From NCBI GenBank assembly GCA_034439575.1, contig JAWXAQ010000002.1, forward strand, positions 128,001 to 192,000: a DNA stretch of 64,000 bases, given 5' to 3'. Source of the stretch: Leptospira sp. (GTDB lineage Bacteria > Spirochaetota > Leptospiria > Leptospirales > Leptospiraceae). This document shows, in pieces, positions 60,058 through 64,000 of this stretch (positions are counted from its first letter, which is position 1; the number at the start of each line of letters is the position of its first letter). The notes below the pieces were generated by a model. It saw only the letters and a program-made list of their open reading frames with translations, made no database searches and was not told where the DNA came from. The translations under genes and the position numbers were made by a program.

Positions 60058-60915
60058 TTGTCTAAGATAAAGATCACCTTATTTGCCTTATTCATTGTTC
60101 AAAATTGTAAGACCATCGAAAATCTAATCAATCCTATCTATGTCACTGCGGGCGTAGAAACCATCTCTGCACTTTTTTATTCCAGAGAACCAGAAGATTA
60201 TAATATATTTAACCAAGTACTTGATTCAAATTCTGCATCCGCCTCACCGCAACGTTACCAAACACATTCCTATAGTTCTGCCGAAAAAGCATTCTTCACG
60301 ATAGGATCCATTCCGCAAAGACCTTGGAAAGATTTTGGATTTATGAAATACTTCGCATACAAATTCAGTTTGGAATCGCCAAGGTTATTTCGTGGGACTT
60401 TGATACATTATCCTGATTCGGGAATCCAAATCAATGATCCATTCCTTAGCTATGCGATTGATAAACAAGGACCGAATGCTTTGTACAGCCAAAGAGTGGA
60501 TTTTACTTATTATGATGCGCGTGGATTTGCTATACTTTATGCTGGGTATTTTGATAATCCAAATTGGTTTTTTGGTGCGGGCATAGGTGCTGGAATTTCA
60601 AATTATAGCCTTCAATTAGTAGAAAATTTACAAGTTATCTCTGATGTTAGAAATCGGAATCGAACTATATATAATGCCTCACTGATTTACGGATATAAAA
60701 TCGGAAATTATTTTGAAGACTCAATTCTGGAAGATACGTATTTATACCTTGAGTTAACAAATGAATTTTTATTTTTTAATCCAGTGGCGGCAAGAGTTAC
60801 GACCACTAACGGGACAAATGCGGATTCGCTCTATCTAAACATGCAATATGCTAGGTTAGGAATTATTAAAGAAGTAAATTTAGTCTCAAGTAAAAGCAAG
60901 GATCAAGCGCTATGA
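60058..60915 (+). CDS. Hypothetical lipoprotein / outer-membrane beta-rich protein
   Basis: Lipobox-like VQNC; alternating strands (WFFGAGIGAG); GTG/TTG-type start uncertain. Confidence 0.6.
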   Translation: MSKIKITLFALFIVQNCKTIENLINPIYVTAGVETISALFYSREPEDYNIFNQVLDSNSASASPQRYQTHSYSSAEKAFFTIGSIPQRPWKDFGFMKYFAYKFSLESPRLFRGTLIHYPDSGIQINDPFLSYAIDKQGPNALYSQRVDFTYYDARGFAILYAGYFDNPNWFFGAGIGAGISNYSLQLVENLQVISDVRNRNRTIYNASLIYGYKIGNYFEDSILEDTYLYLELTNEFLFFNPVAARVTTTNGTNADSLYLNMQYARLGIIKEVNLVSSKSKDQAL

Positions 60916-61604
60916 AAAAAATCAATTTATTGTTACTCGGTGGCACTGGACTCATCGGAACAGAAGTTCTAAAATCTCTTTTGTTTTATCCACAAATCCA
61001 AAAAACGATAGTTTGGGCAAGGAATGGCAATGCAGATACGAATGGCAGACCCATTGAAGTACAATCCGTAACTTGGGAATCTTTTTCAAGTGGAGAGGTA
61101 AAATTTCCAAAAGAAATTGATGCCATAATTTGTTGTTTGGGTACAACGATTAAAAAAGCTGGATCACAAGAAAAATTTAAAGAAGTAGATTATGAATATC
61201 CTTTGTTAGCTGCCAAAAAAGCGATGGAAGCTGGCGTAAAAGCATTTTTAATTGTGACTGCCATGGGATCTGAAGCGAATTCATTAGTATTTTATAATCG
61301 AGTTAAGGGTGAAATTGAACGCGAATTAAGAGCATTGGGATTTCCTTTTTTGGGGATATTTCGTCCTTCTTTACTGATTGGAGATCGCAAAGAAGTCAGG
61401 ATGGGTGAAAAAATAGGGGAGTTTGTTGGAGCCTTATTACCATTTACACTCCTTGGACTCAAAAAATACAAACCAATACATGCAGATTTTGTAGCGAGGT
61501 CTATGCTTAAAAATTTGGTAAATAAATTTGAATCTTTAAACAAAGAACCAGAAATACTGATTATAGAAAATGATCAAATGTTGGAATTAGGCAAGGAAAT
61601 TTAA
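60912..61604 (+). CDS. NAD(P)-binding oxidoreductase (YraR/HTATIP2-like)
   Basis: LGGTGLIG, CCLGTTIKKAGS, FYNRVKG, FRPSLLIG. Confidence 0.9.
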   Translation: MKKINLLLLGGTGLIGTEVLKSLLFYPQIQKTIVWARNGNADTNGRPIEVQSVTWESFSSGEVKFPKEIDAIICCLGTTIKKAGSQEKFKEVDYEYPLLAAKKAMEAGVKAFLIVTAMGSEANSLVFYNRVKGEIERELRALGFPFLGIFRPSLLIGDRKEVRMGEKIGEFVGALLPFTLLGLKKYKPIHADFVARSMLKNLVNKFESLNKEPEILIIENDQMLELGKEI

Positions 61605-62332
61605 TGGCTGAGACTCCACAAAAACCATATAGCAAAACAAAATATATAATCTTGAGTTATATTGTTCATTTAATTGTTGTTGTATGGTATTTTTTTGTTA
61701 GAAAAAAAGATCTTATCATTCCCGAAGCATCAAAGAAAATTATCGATGGGGGAGGGGGATTTATCATAGCCGTCTATCATGAAACCACACTCTCATTATA
61801 TAGGCATGCAACACAATATTTACAAAAAAAGAAAAAAGCACAAATGGTGGCTCTCGTCTCACAATCTAAAGACGGAGAGATCATCCACCAGACGTTTGCT
61901 AGGTCAAACCTGCCGAGTGTTAGAGGTTCGAGTACGCGTGGGGGCACGGGAGCATTTCGTGCGATTCTCAAAGAGATGAAACAAAGGCATGTACCTATTT
62001 TTACAGTTGATGGACCGAAAGGACCTCGTCACGAAGTGAAACCTGGAGTCATTGCCACGGCTTCTATTACGGGAGCACCGATTCTATATTTGGATTCACG
62101 GTATGACAGGCATTATCAGTTTAAAAGTTGGGATAAACATTTTTTTCCAAAATTTGGTGCCAAACTCTATATCCAATATGGGGAACCATTTTTAGTCCCC
62201 AAAGGGCTCAGTGAATCTGAGATCGAAGTTTGGGCGAAAAAATTAGAAGAAAAAATGGATCTAAATCGTAAAAAGCTAGAAGCCTTTGTTCAGGAGAAAC
62301 ACCCGAACAATTCTATTGACACCATGCTATAA
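61604..62332 (+). CDS. Lysophospholipid acyltransferase family protein (DUF374-like)
   Basis: SQSKDGE, VRGSSTRGG, TVDGPKGP, SWDKHFFPK. Confidence 0.88.
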   Translation: MAETPQKPYSKTKYIILSYIVHLIVVVWYFFVRKKDLIIPEASKKIIDGGGGFIIAVYHETTLSLYRHATQYLQKKKKAQMVALVSQSKDGEIIHQTFARSNLPSVRGSSTRGGTGAFRAILKEMKQRHVPIFTVDGPKGPRHEVKPGVIATASITGAPILYLDSRYDRHYQFKSWDKHFFPKFGAKLYIQYGEPFLVPKGLSESEIEVWAKKLEEKMDLNRKKLEAFVQEKHPNNSIDTML

Positions 62333-62364
62333 TTCAAAAGTTTAGCGAAGTAAGGTAAAAAAGT

Positions 62365-63531
62365 ATGTCCTCTCAACAAAATTTCATATTTACGTCCGAA
62401 TCTGTATCAGAAGGACACCCGGACAAGGTCTGTGACCAAGTATCCGATGCCATTTTAGACGCATTCCTAGCCCAAGATCCAAAATCACGCGTAGCTTGCG
62501 AAACTCTCGTGACAACAAACCTAGTCGTCATCGCGGGCGAAATCACAAGTAAAGGAAAAGTGGATACTTCAGAAGTAGCACGTGATGTGATTCGCAAAAT
62601 CGGTTATAACGATATCAATATGTATTTTGATGCTGATTATGCGGTAGTATCTTCCCATGTTCATGCTCAGTCTCCAGACATTGCCCAAGGAGTGAATGAA
62701 GGTGAAGGTCTTCATAAAGAACAAGGAGCAGGTGACCAAGGATTGATGTTTGGTTTTGCCATCAATGACACTCCAGAACTTATGCCGGCACCTATTTTTT
62801 ATTCACATAAATTATTAGAACTTTTAGCTGAGCTTCGTCATTCAGGAAAAATTAAATGGCTTAGACCTGATTCAAAATCTCAAGTTACCATCCAGTATGA
62901 AAATGGAAAACCAAAGACAGTAGATACAGTGGTTATCTCAACACAACATACTCCTGGTGTAACTCATGCAGAAATTGAACAAGCAGTGATTGAAGAGTGT
63001 ATCAAAAAAGTAATCCCAAAAGAACTTTTAGGGAACCCTCGTTATTTTATTAATCCTACTGGAAAATTCGAAATCGGTGGTCCTCACGGCGATACTGGTC
63101 TAACGGGAAGAAAAATCATCGTAGATACTTATGGTGGGATGGGACGTCATGGTGGCGGGGCATTCTCTGGAAAGGATCCATCTAAAGTGGACCGTTCTGC
63201 GGCGTATATTGGCCGTTATATTGCAAAAAACGTAGTCGCAGCTGGTCTTGCTCACAAATGTGAAGTCCAATTAGCATATGCTATTGGTGTGGCAGAACCT
63301 GTATCCGTTTTAGTTGATACTTTTGGAACCAACACGATTCCTGAAGCGGAAATTGAAAAACGGATCAAAGCAAATTTCAAACTCACACCTAAGGGCATCG
63401 TTGAATCATTAGATTTACTCGGTAAAGGTAGAAAGTACCAAGAAACAGCCGCTTATGGGCATTTTGGTAGATCAGGATCTACATTTACTTGGGAAAAAAC
63501 TGACAAAGCAGAAGCACTTAAAAAAGGATAA
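62365..63531 (+). CDS. metK: S-adenosylmethionine synthetase
   Basis: [28 protein letters not shown]. Confidence 0.99.
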   Translation: MSSQQNFIFTSESVSEGHPDKVCDQVSDAILDAFLAQDPKSRVACETLVTTNLVVIAGEITSKGKVDTSEVARDVIRKIGYNDINMYFDADYAVVSSHVHAQSPDIAQGVNEGEGLHKEQGAGDQGLMFGFAINDTPELMPAPIFYSHKLLELLAELRHSGKIKWLRPDSKSQVTIQYENGKPKTVDTVVISTQHTPGVTHAEIEQAVIEECIKKVIPKELLGNPRYFINPTGKFEIGGPHGDTGLTGRKIIVDTYGGMGRHGGGAFSGKDPSKVDRSAAYIGRYIAKNVVAAGLAHKCEVQLAYAIGVAEPVSVLVDTFGTNTIPEAEIEKRIKANFKLTPKGIVESLDLLGKGRKYQETAAYGHFGRSGSTFTWEKTDKAEALKKG

Positions 63532-63533
63532 AT

Positions 63534-64000
63534 ATGGGAGCACCTAGCCAATCAACAACGGACAAAAAAGCAACTCGAGATTCCTACGGGGAAGCATTAG
63601 TTGAGTTAGGTGCTACAAATCCAAACATCGTTGTTTTGGATGCCGATTTATCTGGTTCTACGAAAACTGCCGATTTTAAAAAAAAGTATCCAGAAAGATT
63701 TTTTAATATAGGTGTCGCCGAACAAAACCTTGTCGGACATGCCGCGGGTCTCGCTCTATCTGGTTTTATTCCTTTTGCATCTTCTTTTGCTATGTTTCTC
63801 TCTGGACGCGCATGGGAAATCGTGAGAAACAGTGTCGTGTATCCAAAGTTAAATGTAAAGCTTGTGGCATCTCACGGTGGGATAACTGTTGGGGAAGATG
63901 GCGCTTCCCACCAATGTATTGAAGACTTTGCCATCATGCGAGTGATTCCAGAAATGACTGTTATTTGCCCTGCTGATTTCAATGAGACAAAACAAGTCAT
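63534..64000 (+). CDS. Transketolase C-terminal subunit (partial, runs off window)
   Basis: Hand translation from ATG 63534: [38 protein letters not shown]. Confidence 0.93.
   Translation, partial: MGAPSQSTTDKKATRDSYGEALVELGATNPNIVVLDADLSGSTKTADFKKKYPERFFNIGVAEQNLVGHAAGLALSGFIPFASSFAMFLSGRAWEIVRNSVVYPKLNVKLVASHGGITVGEDGASHQCIEDFAIMRVIPEMTVICPADFNETKQV

Noticed and set aside
62333-62364. SAM riboswitch upstream of metK
   Set aside because: The intergenic gap is only ~32 nt with no recognisable aptamer.
898-62597. Numerous 60-150 aa antisense or alternate-frame ORFs in the track
   Set aside because: They lie within well-supported genes and show no recognisable motifs; treated as shadow ORFs.

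Overview
AT-rich, gene-dense bacterial chromosomal segment, most likely from a Leptospira (inferred from the gene repertoire: LA_0442-like protein, spirochaetal lipoproteins, 7TM-DISM adenylate cyclase, PilZ and SpoIIE proteins). It holds about 55 CDSs. I saw no rRNA, tRNA, CRISPR array, integrase or transposase. Housekeeping anchors are a thiolase, glgA, pckA, ssb, metK and a partial transketolase C-subunit. The most unusual locus is a tightly coupled operon at 591-11975: thiolase, a degenerate NMN-adenylyltransferase-like/SAM-methyltransferase fusion, then a complete type I secretion set. That set has two ABC transporters (each with tandem cyclic-nucleotide-binding domains and a catalytically dead C39-like domain), HlyD and TolC, with no recognisable cargo gene. 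Other points of note: two Flavo-1-like structured intergenic elements, an ECF sigma factor with a Cys-rich tail and a putative autoregulatory promoter, an esterase/Ohr/lipase/mini-catalase cluster, a ZU5-Ig-FG-GAP surface lipoprotein, and a hairpin that may occlude a ribosome-binding site. All product calls come from motif recognition by eye, not database searches.
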